From Candidatus Magasanikbacteria bacterium RIFCSPHIGHO2_02_FULL_48_18 (GTDB taxonomy: Bacteria > Patescibacteriota > Patescibacteriia > Magasanikbacterales > UBA922): a DNA stretch of 64,000 nucleotides. The notes beneath the pieces were generated by a model, which was not told the origin of the DNA, did not search any database, and worked only from the letters and a program-made list of their open reading frames with translations. Positions 59,401-64,000 of the stretch are shown here, piece by piece (within the stretch, counting starts at the first letter, position 1; each line of letters starts with the position of its first letter). The DNA lies in contig MFQC01000001.1 of NCBI GenBank assembly GCA_001784285.1, positions 29,780 through 93,779 of the forward strand. Reading direction: 5' to 3'. Made by a program: the position numbers and the translations under genes.

Positions 59401-59956
59401 TAATACTCTTGACATAAAACGTATCCGCGCACCAAGACGGCTTTTTAAATCCTTCTTCCAGCTCACAGGCACACAATGGGTCAATCATGGGATCGCAGGT
59501 AAACGGTGTTTTCGGACAATCCGGCCCCACACAGCCCCCGCCCCCGTCTCCTCCACCGCCGGTAAGTGCTTTCAGTAAAAATTGAACAATCGTAAGGGCG
59601 GAAAGAATAATAACAAGCCCAATCACGCCATTGATAATAGTTTGTTTTGCTCGAGTTATTTTGTCTTCTTCACCCTGCGAGGTCATGTAGAGGTACCCGC
59701 CATACAAAATAATCCCCAACAAAACAATCCCAACAAGGCCCAGAAGAACACGAATGATCTTCCCGATAATAATACGAATATCGGTCCCATTGAGCGAAAT
59801 GCCCTGCTCCACCTCGCTCACGCCAAAATCGGTTTGAGCAAAAACCGTATCGACAGAATACGACACCGCCAATCCAAACAGAAACAGCGAAAAGAACAAC
59901 CCTAAAAAGAGAAAATGCCTCCTGTGTGTGCGTTGTCTCTTCTTTTGGAACGGCAT
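47483..59956 (-). CDS. giant (4157 aa) multi-domain cell-surface protein with an N-terminal pilin-like membrane anchor, poly-Gly stalk, IPT-like, myxococcal-type Cys-rich repeats, BNR propeller and dockerin-like repeats
   Basis: An uninterrupted 12.47-kb ORF. N-terminal module FGVSEVEQGISLNGTDIRIIIGKIIRVLLGLVGIVLLGIILYGGY...AKQTIINGVIGLVIILSALTIVQFLLKALTGGGGDGGGG. The rest is extremely Cys-rich, with the sub-domains listed as separate features below. Confidence 0.85.
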   Translation of the reverse strand: MPFQKKRQRTHRRHFLFLGLFFSLFLFGLAVSYSVDTVFAQTDFGVSEVEQGISLNGTDIRIIIGKIIRVLLGLVGIVLLGIILYGGYLYMTSQGEEDKITRAKQTIINGVIGLVIILSALTIVQFLLKALTGGGGDGGGGCVGPDCPKTPFTCDPMIDPLCACELEEGFKKPSWCADTFYVKSITPSTPAAPPGTKMNNIRVRAIFSQPIGSIDANTIFHLEKNGQSYDLQTALKEKSYVAEGVYAGGDSCSFPEPLIHDLPWVDLLQVSGIDPGEEGYLVDSVSKTKTVPGEDLLPYMAQPMTMELTLQLDDPLPAGGGVERLIYKNGNTPNFMEYGFLFFAGGGGFCFISQYAINNPTTQNSPHVCDKKSSFVVGQPNQYIITWENNSLKMYNKAGQLIDESKEVPPPFVPSAAPWKIAEKMAGVDYTLFSFQSLPQGLSAAQVQQYFAEKSLGVSSDVCLPFDTNADYAIQINDTVTNAAGDVLENMDEEGVSYPLSASFLADQIYFDFVKPTIGDVFVNGMKVIGNAPLLLQKGSQYTLKTVVDDYAPNNFGGVSYALVHVSATGPNGPSLFQNYYVDGPVVSIGSSQPFPIDIVDYVWQTFTVGKTYWLVIAAHDIDGNETKKSIPFMVNGGSGECDQFGKPLPGVDPSLCPFTSGNDCTTDAQCPADEKCIDNTSGEFCSGTPKAECTCTEWPTITGVDPLDGASGNWVTILGAHFGDDAGQIRFGIDTNDDGEIVSQDGEGYAISGEIVSCNTDTWRDSWIIAEVPEDTVLPQSSQSGIQIERAASEKPAGIVAPMTDSTVDDHLPYVGMFEKNTVERPGLCGVTVLDENGVSTGQTAGTVNTPVLAEGSGFQNTQNESAIAFGNIPASVKTGDWSSENIKTTVPSIDTQGAESLAVGVVVTVGGENSNGVPFTVVKNTEDLQPVIESINPPTSTPKSYVTIFGKGFGTSGQVYLAEDQEAVLGCVQKKANNQTPTAADGCFEMGQQFPLGCSETWTNTQVIVEVPEVGFQEYALALINNSLFSTDGAKTFEVQNGAPKPSICSLTPKAGNSPILDINKKVKIVGKNFGSGSAITYFWTQGAVTTTPSTWLSATHNDWFDPNKDISELIPGFINPPLVAEDIPAWTDGEIQTLFPVKDASLGGYSMKKGPIQVQVDTEQSNWVMYEAADCRNAGQDLKNQYAAQYQCCETGGDVGQWKLKNALCAGGSREAGYVWRFSTGKIPVSPHVVEQCDVLNWNVAGVAVPFPSPVPWSGWEGGADACVNGTVAVQFTMPMDAASFNEETVKIYTCGSGEQSDCGDNPILIPFASLEEKGLEYIGGGQDILKIIKGDFSQGNLDPGVWYRVELLSGIQSAPQNLGPGKENVTIPLGKSAVLHCDPLNAEDTVYCFEFKTGSSCVLSSVGIEPPEKEVSYLGVLLGQAFANDDTANLKGLFTVNDVLTATKNDPNALFYYMLMGKSDKACNVLEVNGLGWQWATSDEAKATALVVQNIPNHDDFGNAIALENTTPGFVDITAVSNFSIKNNTAGIDTDFLDVGSNITEILNAIPSELTINLSNPSVSYFEPNCAEACINGGIMVQFDTYMDKTTYANGFAVFECANANCANLTNVTNLFVPLNPALQTNFILRATLNPGEMLKPNTYYKVALNEENTVGGQTVSPVAGIYDGQIGIMSAGSKNDLAKVGKQLPPTSWVFKTKDSTVPCTADGLNVLPNPFSAYVIGEKTLFTAQPKASPNECSKYGQLLNQWDYGYAWGTLNQNVASVTNFISPASLQPFCTKNCLPKGSVFTAKEAESLYLCGNGTQDPGEDCDWGMDPTDYCTESCLFTESKATAEGLVGSEPYSLFDPTKVGQSWCGDGQLTLGEACDIGISLEKAGATPWNSKINCTNTCVHTGTQPQAWLCEGSSSPLCKESASVCGNGYLEKGEECEVQSETQIKKWIVNGSGNFVETVVNASEEQCGASCLLQDVCGTALEQCDPTQDAGCLKDCTFAGSSLLYPEPSLCGNTIVDAGEYAMCEVSATGNTHGNNPLQLVTAVGNGAVDPVSFAQSTQIEATLDGWYTSTTPGVSITGLADYSLQCGFTEFQAPDDNDDYNNCVENPDNEFGVGKNSCCYPRPKRTSEYPQDGTGLADEPACPNTYIEVTFDGAIDENTLTVPGNFVITNGHEDKNFDCAAQGEADVTDMVQATFAYNDVGSEQSFFVKLWNHVKQFFAKLFGRDVLATEFANAVDDMSVWCSGSVTAVPKVAYTKNSDDKVVSSTVSLVINKLLQFDTVYAVMLRGGLGGIADVKGVGIKNPESGNTSRDDIWVFQTGNAVCKLAGVSIEPDSYLFDAPNTTSTFHAITNSQNNQQIVPISSVYDWEWDWGPKENELFTIPHPDSPDPDGKTDTIAIGSKTVQGEATGFVNATVVADAEVTNNHVGKVFSASTDLFAVFCEKPWPAKKSDGTWKPWSEADPSAFHVAMWYCSDAGAPGTALDDLPFLNVETTLATQDPLSIIKLGFFNNQNDDLVGLQIFKNPKRLSPIAWLKEYKGFQVGGFQAVEVDGYQAITDGSNYYINVLNKDDANNKWYSNIYLFSINTDAQASTKNVFTQIINSLTFNINIPDDPYCGDGTNVNIAQSLSCDSDLSCKDAVIQNVTEEQAGACMVDEGYAQVVVDGVSVGLNTITFVGDKGWIGTESGEVKILKTEDSGKTWAPITIPNLPGSGIIIIEDVLFLNENHGWLAGRVGTFMETTDGGTTWESIDTKRFITDPGTSLEAISFGDASTGWVAGTNGIILWTWDTGKTWQKQQPPKGKESVYFHGVFFFDRNYGWVVGSEGTILATTNGGKTWIVQNSNVDSELYGVHFSSKTNGWVVGDGGKLLFTNDGGKTWALKNTVDGLNAIQVKQLTFKDIFVSPDGQYVLALSEQRRLVETTDGGNTWHVIWNQGANAVMGKYLGLFAKDKDTIWVVGEKGLVLTNTLPPLSCSVNTDCSGFNTCLGYAPEIVETVPLTTCHNYRTKLKRDLSRLEDIRDVQEAMFQYYSMHGNVYPDLQAGTFIPYYTNSRWPSWVQTLSKEITFGMPNDPLNQWSECDPEDQQTCWESKTPAFHCPLQSSIYEYTFAPSNKKYAFHAPMEYFSNTDLKQFKEFTILGYADKQYIPGDINGDNVVNSEDQTCLNQLNLYVEGVQNGIIPASLSPYQWDGTKDCLSVSVEEADLNCDGIINVSDVSFLGLSLIPNNPAQDSNNNGFHDNCEGQAYMTSFYTTAQACQPGTFMSPFAGVCGDGNLNQGEECESPNSTVYVAGGNCAFSEAYIGLCGADCAWAESPSCKPIAECGNSKVELGEGCDDGNTASLDGCSAICQFEQSKCGDGKYFNNVGLLCEKLSAAPAFVLPANNNTYTRMQCDANFEQWLLQCFTGLNSKVDCQNAFTYLNTKSFAFNNYSIAKVFSALFDGLLGSFGDDNDFGFSIYPEECTKFTGRCFKDPGILCDKSIDCENVPVATKLLSIENLTKAANNQSFNEQTYIDSLFTPTVEDKGSCVKNVSSGPTYHTIKELSCSWDCTSYGGYCGDGKVNAQYEACDDGNDTALDGCTPACQKENVACKAQNPYLKEVKNAAANTTWIYLGKGDYDAPTSFQGTPISACVSETTGTDICRAYGLGCLGFVVGVDPPEGPQYCPQNLTDKTAAQDQSLKSVALICDGIYAGAAQGTQSETGCGNGTLDEGEQCDLGSANGKECTPGYNLECTYCTKECTEITKPATGYCGDAKVNTGSSEQCDMVAATGQVVQKKVGNLASPITCESLYTDDGDATTDPKYGYGSFACENQCLNLVSGCVLCGEATTGKKAQWSVMNVMLGNSVQMGDEWRKKMKLSLYKVGPDGANKKKIGSEKDMPAAFMDYNTFSGSPLIEGSALCSAAYKTTFSSVANSSYFPYPLNVSGADIKNEFLLSPATPPNTYRVVVRWGNSFGKNDILPHVYHDPATGPQIKSGSYPTVNPLAASQNFCDTIKQTTSNAIKYWYPDGCSGYGGSIFVHPYGQIGQINAQSFTINTNPLNNGDKLGFFVKNITHSIFEDQNNTSFIVELYKPKSFTNADDPLSAMYLPDQVFPITEAKGTSTNKNAEYWHVFNLVKDGNGDIKIESQQKIRTCFCDVQNAVNPGSCALTGTDQCPNSGGLQ
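48690..50190 (-). repeat. second cluster of myxococcal-type Cys-rich repeats near the C-terminus of the giant protein
   Basis: CGDGNLNQGEECESPNS, CGNSKVELGEGCDDGNTASLDGCSAIC, CGDGKYFNNVGLLCE, CGDGKVNAQYEACDDGNDTALDGCTPAC, CGNGTLDEGEQCDLGSANGKEC, CGDAKVNTGSSEQCD. Confidence 0.5.
50290..50550 (-). other. dockerin-like pair of calcium-binding repeats within the giant protein
   Basis: GDINGDNVVNSEDQTCLNQ followed about 60 aa later by DLNCDGIINVSDVSFLGL, a type-I-dockerin-like D.N.DG.vn..D pattern. Confidence 0.4.
51180..51900 (-). repeat. BNR/Asp-box beta-propeller (six S/T-x-D-x-G-x-T-W repeats) within the giant protein
   Basis: TEDSGKTWAPI, TTDGGTTWESI, WDTGKTWQKQ, TTNGGKTWIVQ, TNDGGKTWALK, TTDGGNTWHVI, at regular spacing. 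Confidence 0.55.
53890..54560 (-). repeat. cluster of myxococcal-type Cys-rich repeats (DUF4215-like, CGNG..D.GEECD) within the giant protein
   Basis: CGNTIVDAGEYAMCE, CGNGYLEKGEECEVQ, CGDGQLTLGEACDIG, CGNGTQDPGEDCDWG. Confidence 0.5.
57780..57900 (-). other. IPT/TIG-like Ig-fold segment within the giant protein
   Basis: CTEWPTITGVDPLDGASGNWVTILGAHFG, a typical IPT first strand (P.I..v.P..G...G.T.vti.G.nF). Confidence 0.35.
59450..59956 (-). other. N-terminal two-helix membrane module with T4SS-pilin-like (TrbC/VirB2-type) topology, plus a poly-Gly linker
   Basis: Signal/TM segment, an exposed segment, a helix (GIVLLGIILYGGYLYM), a short polar loop (SQGEEDKITRAKQ), a second helix (INGVIGLVIILSALTIVQFLL), then GGGGDGGGG. 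The same module is found in the 59965-62235 and 7696-8850 products. Confidence 0.4.
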
Positions 59957-59964
59957 GCAAAAAA

Positions 59965-62235
59965 TTAAAGGCTCTTCGATTCCATATAGTCAAGGCAGAG
60001 CGGAATATTTTCTTTCAAAAGATCGGGGCTGTCATCGGTGAGCGTTTTACCGATAACAGACGTCACGGCACAGCCCGTATCTGTATTAGCCTCATATGCG
60101 GCCATCACACAGTTCCCGTTTGTGATGCCCGTGTTTTGATTGAATGTACATTCTTTCGACGACCCGCCGATATTTTCTTCCGGAGTTGCGCTAAATGGCC
60201 CGATGCCCGGATAAAGGCAATTTTGATATGCGTCCTTGAGGGTGCTCGAAACGGTTGGAAAATAGTACAAATCCGTGTCATACGGCCCAAATCCACGGCC
60301 GCCATATGGCTTGGCAAAGGCAATCGTGGTGGTTGGCCCATAGGCGGTCGTCATACTATTTCCAATGGAATGAGGCCACGTGCCATTCACATTTCCTGCC
60401 AAAAGACCTTGAAGTGTTATCGTATTTCCTTCCGCGTCTTCCCCAAGCTCAATTGATGCGGTGTCCATATCGGCTGGCGCATATTCTTTGACATCAATAT
60501 CATAGAGCGACGTGCTCAGCATGAGTTTGCTAAATTCAAGGGATAATGGTGCGTTTTCAACCACATCCTGACCGTCCGGTCCGGGTCGCACACGCTTTAT
60601 ATATGGCGCAATAAGATCTTTTTCGTTTTGTATGGTGTAATCCCAGCAGTAATTATCTTTTTTTGATTCTGGCGCACATTCCTGCTCATCAATCACGGCA
60701 CTATCTCCAATGGACGGCTTTCCATTTGCGATACCATTGACATTGCCGTCCAGGGCGTTCCCCGACGCATCGGTAATACCGGTAAACGGAAAGGACTTAA
60801 ACGAGGTAAGCGATGCGGTATTTATCAATTGGGCGGTTCTTAGCAGTGTCTGGTACCCATTGGTACACGACGTATCACCGGGCGTACAATCCAATTGGAT
60901 ACAATAAATTTGTTCCCCGCACGCGTTTTGACCGCAGGGATTGTTTGGGATGAATTCCACCGTGGTATAGCCATTTGAAATAATCCACTCTCCCGAAGGG
61001 AGTATGGCATTCCCCGTAGTGCTACCAAACGCAATATGAAAAAGCGTGGTATTTTCGGGATCCAATTGATCCACAATGCCTTGGACTTGGAGCGGATCCA
61101 TCGCCTCACTAAAATCGATCCGAAGAATCTTGTTGCTTTTATCGGTACTCCCCTGAACCGGTGTAACAAAAAGAACGGTGGGCGGTGTCTCATCAAACAC
61201 CGTATCGGTCTGAAAATTCCACGCGTAAAAACCGGCCGCGCCAAGGTACCCATCAGCAATCTCTCCGGTTTCCGGATGTTTTTTCAGCAGGCCTTTTTCC
61301 TGATCTTTGCCGCCGGTGATGCGGGCCGTATACCATAATTTTTCATTGTCATTGCCAAGCGGGCTATGTGGCTTCAAGACAAACGTGGTTGCGTTGTTTT
61401 TGGCGTCATACGTGGTCATCGCGGCAAACGGAAGAAAGTCATCTCCCGTAAGGTTAAGGAACGGCGTCGTGGTTGTTTGATACAGCCGAATGGTCCCCGG
61501 ATTTGCCTGGTCGCACTCCTCGCTCCAGTACGTATTCGCGTTAAATGGTTCTCCGGGATGCGTGTCTTCCCACAAAAGACAGTTGCCAAAAATACCGTCG
61601 GCATTGGTATCGAGAATAATACTTTCCGGAAGAATAGGCTCACGAAAAGTAATAAAAATTTGTGTGTCTCTTGGAACATCCACTTGCCCGGCAAACGGAT
61701 AATGATCTTTGATAAGGCCTCCCAGTCCTCCGCTCCCCCAAAAACTTTCAATGGCCGGCGGTTTGGGAGCGGTAATTCCTCCGCCGCCGCCGCCTTTATT
61801 GGTGAGGGCATTCAATAAAAATTGAACTATTGCCAATGAAGACAAAATAATCACCAGACCAATCACGCCATTCATGAGTATTTTCTTTCCTTGCTCAACT
61901 TTGTCCGCGTTTCCGCCCGATACCATAATGGTGTACCCGCCATACAAGATAATACCGAGCGCGATAATACCAAGAAGGCCAAGAAGAACGCGAATAATTT
62001 TCCCAACAATCACCCGAATATCAATACCACTTAAAGAAATGCCTTCTTCCACTTCTTGCACGCCAAAATCTTGCGGCGGTGCCTGATTGTCTACAAACTG
62101 CGCGGAGACAGAAAGAACGCCGGAAAAGAAAAAAAGGAAAAAACAAACAAAAAAAACCCGTCTTTTCCAAAATGGACTTAATAATGTTCTTGTGTCTTTT
62201 GCAAAATGATATTGCTTCATGATGAATGAAGACAA
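59965..62235 (-). CDS. 756-aa surface protein with the same N-terminal pilin-like module and poly-Gly linker; immediately upstream of the giant gene (8-bp gap) and probably co-transcribed
   Basis: N-terminal FGVQEVEEGISLSGIDIRVIVGKIIRVLLGLLGIIALGIILYGGY...AIVQFLLNALTNKGGGGGG closely parallels the giant-protein N-terminus, and the nucleotide sequences are also visibly similar. The ectodomain has an unknown fold. A -10 TATACT lies at 62252-62257. Confidence 0.75.
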   Translation of the reverse strand: MSSFIMKQYHFAKDTRTLLSPFWKRRVFFVCFFLFFFSGVLSVSAQFVDNQAPPQDFGVQEVEEGISLSGIDIRVIVGKIIRVLLGLLGIIALGIILYGGYTIMVSGGNADKVEQGKKILMNGVIGLVIILSSLAIVQFLLNALTNKGGGGGGITAPKPPAIESFWGSGGLGGLIKDHYPFAGQVDVPRDTQIFITFREPILPESIILDTNADGIFGNCLLWEDTHPGEPFNANTYWSEECDQANPGTIRLYQTTTTPFLNLTGDDFLPFAAMTTYDAKNNATTFVLKPHSPLGNDNEKLWYTARITGGKDQEKGLLKKHPETGEIADGYLGAAGFYAWNFQTDTVFDETPPTVLFVTPVQGSTDKSNKILRIDFSEAMDPLQVQGIVDQLDPENTTLFHIAFGSTTGNAILPSGEWIISNGYTTVEFIPNNPCGQNACGEQIYCIQLDCTPGDTSCTNGYQTLLRTAQLINTASLTSFKSFPFTGITDASGNALDGNVNGIANGKPSIGDSAVIDEQECAPESKKDNYCWDYTIQNEKDLIAPYIKRVRPGPDGQDVVENAPLSLEFSKLMLSTSLYDIDVKEYAPADMDTASIELGEDAEGNTITLQGLLAGNVNGTWPHSIGNSMTTAYGPTTTIAFAKPYGGRGFGPYDTDLYYFPTVSSTLKDAYQNCLYPGIGPFSATPEENIGGSSKECTFNQNTGITNGNCVMAAYEANTDTGCAVTSVIGKTLTDDSPDLLKENIPLCLDYMESKSL

Positions 62236-62298
62236 ATGCGTCGCGTACGCCCAGTATACAAAAAATTGTAATCAAAGTACAGTTATTCACCCATTTTT

Positions 62299-62751
62299 TT
62301 ATTTCTTTTCCGGCAAAAAATCCGTGACTATTTTTTTCACCCGCTCTCCGCTTGCCTCACCCCGGGCTTCTTTCATGACCGCGCCCATCACACGGCCAAA
62401 CTGCGACGCATCCGGATGACCCATCTCCCCAATAATTTTTGAAACCAGCGCCCGCAAGGCCTCATCGCTCATTTCGGTTGGGAGATAGGAACGCAACAGG
62501 GCAAGCTCATGTTCTGTCTTTCGCACCAAATCGTCTCTTCCTCCTTTTTGAAAATCCAGCAAGGCATCTTCGGACTGCTTTACCTGGCGGCGAATCACGG
62601 AAACAACATCGTCATCCAGCGCTTCCCGACGGGCGTCAATTTCCGCATTGCGGACGGCAGACCACATCATGCGCAATACGGACAATTTTTCTGTTTCCTT
62701 ATTTTTTAATGCCACCATCTGATCGCGCTGAATCTGTTCTTTGAGAGACAT
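62299..62751 (-). CDS. yqeY: YqeY/GatB-domain protein
   Basis: MSLKEQIQRDQMVALKNKETEKLSVLRMMWSAVRNAEI... aligns along its full length to the B. subtilis YqeY family (GatB_Yqey domain). Start set at MSLKEQ; the longer ORF-track start at 62865 adds a hydrophobic, non-conserved extension. Confidence 0.7.
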   Translation of the reverse strand: MSLKEQIQRDQMVALKNKETEKLSVLRMMWSAVRNAEIDARREALDDDVVSVIRRQVKQSEDALLDFQKGGRDDLVRKTEHELALLRSYLPTEMSDEALRALVSKIIGEMGHPDASQFGRVMGAVMKEARGEASGERVKKIVTDFLPEKK

Positions 62752-62866
62752 ATTTTCATTATTACGTTCCATGTGCATGATCCATATTTTTATAAATAGA
62801 GTATAACACAAAAACAAGTGAACGAAAACGTCACTTGTTTTTACATGCAATAAGGCAACAACCAAG

Positions 62867-63103
62867 TTATCGGCGGGGCATGTCTTCCGGGGGCAACTTG
62901 CCGATTTTACGCAAGTAATCCATTTTTGCGTGAAGAGAGGCGCGCTTTATCGCGTTTCGTCGTTGGACATTTTTGCTCTTTTTTGGTTCAAAAAATTGGA
63001 CTTTCCGAACCTGGAGCAATTTTCCAGAGCGCTGCCATCCCTGTTTGACACGGCGCATGAACGCCTCGAATGACTCGCCTTTTCGTCTTTTTAATTCTGA
63101 CAC
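62867..63103 (-). CDS. rpsU: 30S ribosomal protein S21 (GTG start)
   Basis: ESFEAFMRRVKQGWQRSGKLLQVRKVQFFEPKKSKNVQRRNAIKRASLHAKM aligns to the S21 family pattern (EPFD.ALRRFKR..EKAGVL.EVRRREFYEKP...RKR...A.KRHAKK). A strong SD AGGAGG (63112-63117) lies 8 nt upstream of an in-frame GTG. The longer ORF-track version would read through its own promoter and SD. Confidence 0.6.
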   Translation of the reverse strand: MSELKRRKGESFEAFMRRVKQGWQRSGKLLQVRKVQFFEPKKSKNVQRRNAIKRASLHAKMDYLRKIGKLPPEDMPRR

Positions 63104-63157
63104 AGGTTTCACCTCCTGAGATAAAAAATAAATATCTTCCCTTTTGGAAAGGCCTTT

Positions 63158-63187
63158 ACTATGCCACAGGCCCGGCGCCATTGTCAA
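63158..63187 (-). promoter_or_regulatory. sigma-70-type promoter for rpsU (TTGACA -18- CATAGT), followed by a consensus Shine-Dalgarno
   Basis: A perfect -35 TTGACA (minus strand, 63182-63187) and a -10-like CATAGT (63158-63163). Confidence 0.35.
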
Positions 63188-63193
63188 GGCGGG

Positions 63194-64000
63194 CTATGAT
63201 GCGGCTTGTTTTTCCAAAATCTTACGGAGTTCTCTTCGTAATTTTTTCTGGTCAATAATCTCCTGAATTCCTGAAGCCATATCGCGGATAATAATCGTGC
63301 CATCCTGAAGCTCTTTATGGCCCAAAATAACCGCGTGGCTCACATGTAATTTATTGGCCAACTCGAGCTGAGATTTGAGGGCAGGTTTTGCAACATTATG
63401 GTGCACCAGGATGCCATCTTGACGAAGATCCTCGATAAGCGGCAGAGCGCGCTGGCGTGCCTGCTCGCCAAGATGAGCAAAAAAGAATGGCGAACGCTGT
63501 TCCGGCAACCCGCCTGTTCCGTCTTCTTTTTGATATTGCTTTCGAACCAACGAAATCACACGCTCAAGTCCAAGCGCAAATCCTGCGCCGGGGGTCGGCT
63601 GACCGCCCAATTGTTCCACCAACAAATCGTACCGTCCGCCGCCGCCCAGCGCTTGCGCCGGCTCTGATGACGTCTCCCCTTCCGCTTCATATATTTCAAA
63701 TACCGTGTCCGTATAATAATCAAGCCCTCGAACCAGCGTGGGGCGGAGTGCGTACGGGATATTCAATGCGTCGAGATATTCCAACACCTGCATAAAATGT
63801 TTTTTCGATTCATCGGAAAGCCAGTCAACAATTTGAGGCGCTTCTTCAATAATGGGCTGGTCCTGTTCTTCTTTCGAATCCAACACCCGAAGCGGATTTT
63901 TGGTGATGCGTTTTTTGGACAATTCGGACAGATAGCTTCTTTTTGTGCGCAAATACGCCGTGAGTTCCACCACATAGCGTCCTCGATCTTCCGTATTGCC
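63194..64000 (-). CDS. hisS: histidyl-tRNA synthetase, C-terminal two thirds; the 5' end lies beyond the window
   Basis: RGLDYYTDTVFEIY (motif 2 region), GGGRYDLL, AGFALGLERV (motif 3), and an anticodon-binding domain. The reading frame is open through position 64000. Confidence 0.85.
   Translation of the reverse strand, partial: GNTEDRGRYVVELTAYLRTKRSYLSELSKKRITKNPLRVLDSKEEQDQPIIEEAPQIVDWLSDESKKHFMQVLEYLDALNIPYALRPTLVRGLDYYTDTVFEIYEAEGETSSEPAQALGGGGRYDLLVEQLGGQPTPGAGFALGLERVISLVRKQYQKEDGTGGLPEQRSPFFFAHLGEQARQRALPLIEDLRQDGILVHHNVAKPALKSQLELANKLHVSHAVILGHKELQDGTIIIRDMASGIQEIIDQKKLRRELRKILEKQAAS

Noticed and set aside
59500-59600. Poly-G / GGC-rich nucleotide runs (about 59520-59560 and about 61770-61800) considered as CRISPR-like or simple-sequence repeats
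   Set aside because: They are in frame and encode the poly-Gly linkers (GGGGDGGGG / GGGGGG) of the two surface proteins.
47807-59905. Dozens of 60-190-aa ORFs on the plus strand inside the giant gene (for example 47807-48349, 48619-49179, 50666-51229, 55836-56378, 56048-56671)
   Set aside because: They are antisense shadow ORFs of a 12.5-kb coding region with clear domain content on the minus strand. None has a recognisable motif, and they tile the gene in mixed frames.
63763-63975. 70-aa ORF inside hisS on the same strand in a different frame, and the apparent Met start of the hisS ORF at 63973
   Set aside because: The hisS frame stays open to the window edge. The ORF track's M there appears to correspond to a GTG within the coding sequence (the track seems to allow alternative start codons), so it is not the real start, and the gene is partial.

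Overview
This 64-kb window is dense and mostly housekeeping, with a Patescibacteria/CPR-like flavour (inference): small genes, few strong Shine-Dalgarno sites, tRNA genes without an encoded CCA, ftsA-ftsZ without neighbouring cell-wall-synthesis genes, and UGA used as a stop codon (the 4157-aa ORF is unbroken), so code 11. Recognisable genes are a phosphohexomutase, ClpC-like AAA+ ATPase, RadA, RecG, LytR-CpsA-Psr family protein, Der/EngA, Pth, DprA, FolC-like ligase, topoisomerase I, a short Rel/SpoT protein, ParA/ParB, a D-Ala-D-Ala carboxypeptidase, ScpA/ScpB, AspS, AsnS, pyruvate kinase, HtrA, NrdR, FtsZ, FtsA, DgkA, YbeY, a YqeY/GatB-domain protein, ribosomal protein S21, partial HisS and a partial ECF-type sigma factor. 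Three tRNAs were found by eye: Arg(GCG), Val(CAC) and Leu(CAA). The non-housekeeping content is two cell-surface loci. The first (5816-9966) holds two PD40 beta-propeller paralogs flanking a DsbA-like oxidoreductase and a Cys-rich NlpC/P60-like hydrolase. The second (45483-62235) is four consecutive surface-protein genes on the minus strand: a 756-aa protein, a 4157-aa giant multi-domain protein (poly-Gly stalk, IPT-like, myxococcal-type Cys-rich repeats, BNR propeller, dockerin-like repeats), and two membrane-anchored calcium-binding repeat proteins. The 756-aa protein, the giant protein and the NlpC/P60-like hydrolase share an N-terminal two-helix membrane module that resembles T4SS pilins (TrbC/VirB2-type topology). 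Other notable items are an AT-rich region with four TTGTATAC(A) palindromes upstream of an excisionase-family HTH gene, a structured intergenic region between topA and rel (candidate sRNA), and a recurring TTGAAA/TTGACA-17-TATACT promoter architecture.
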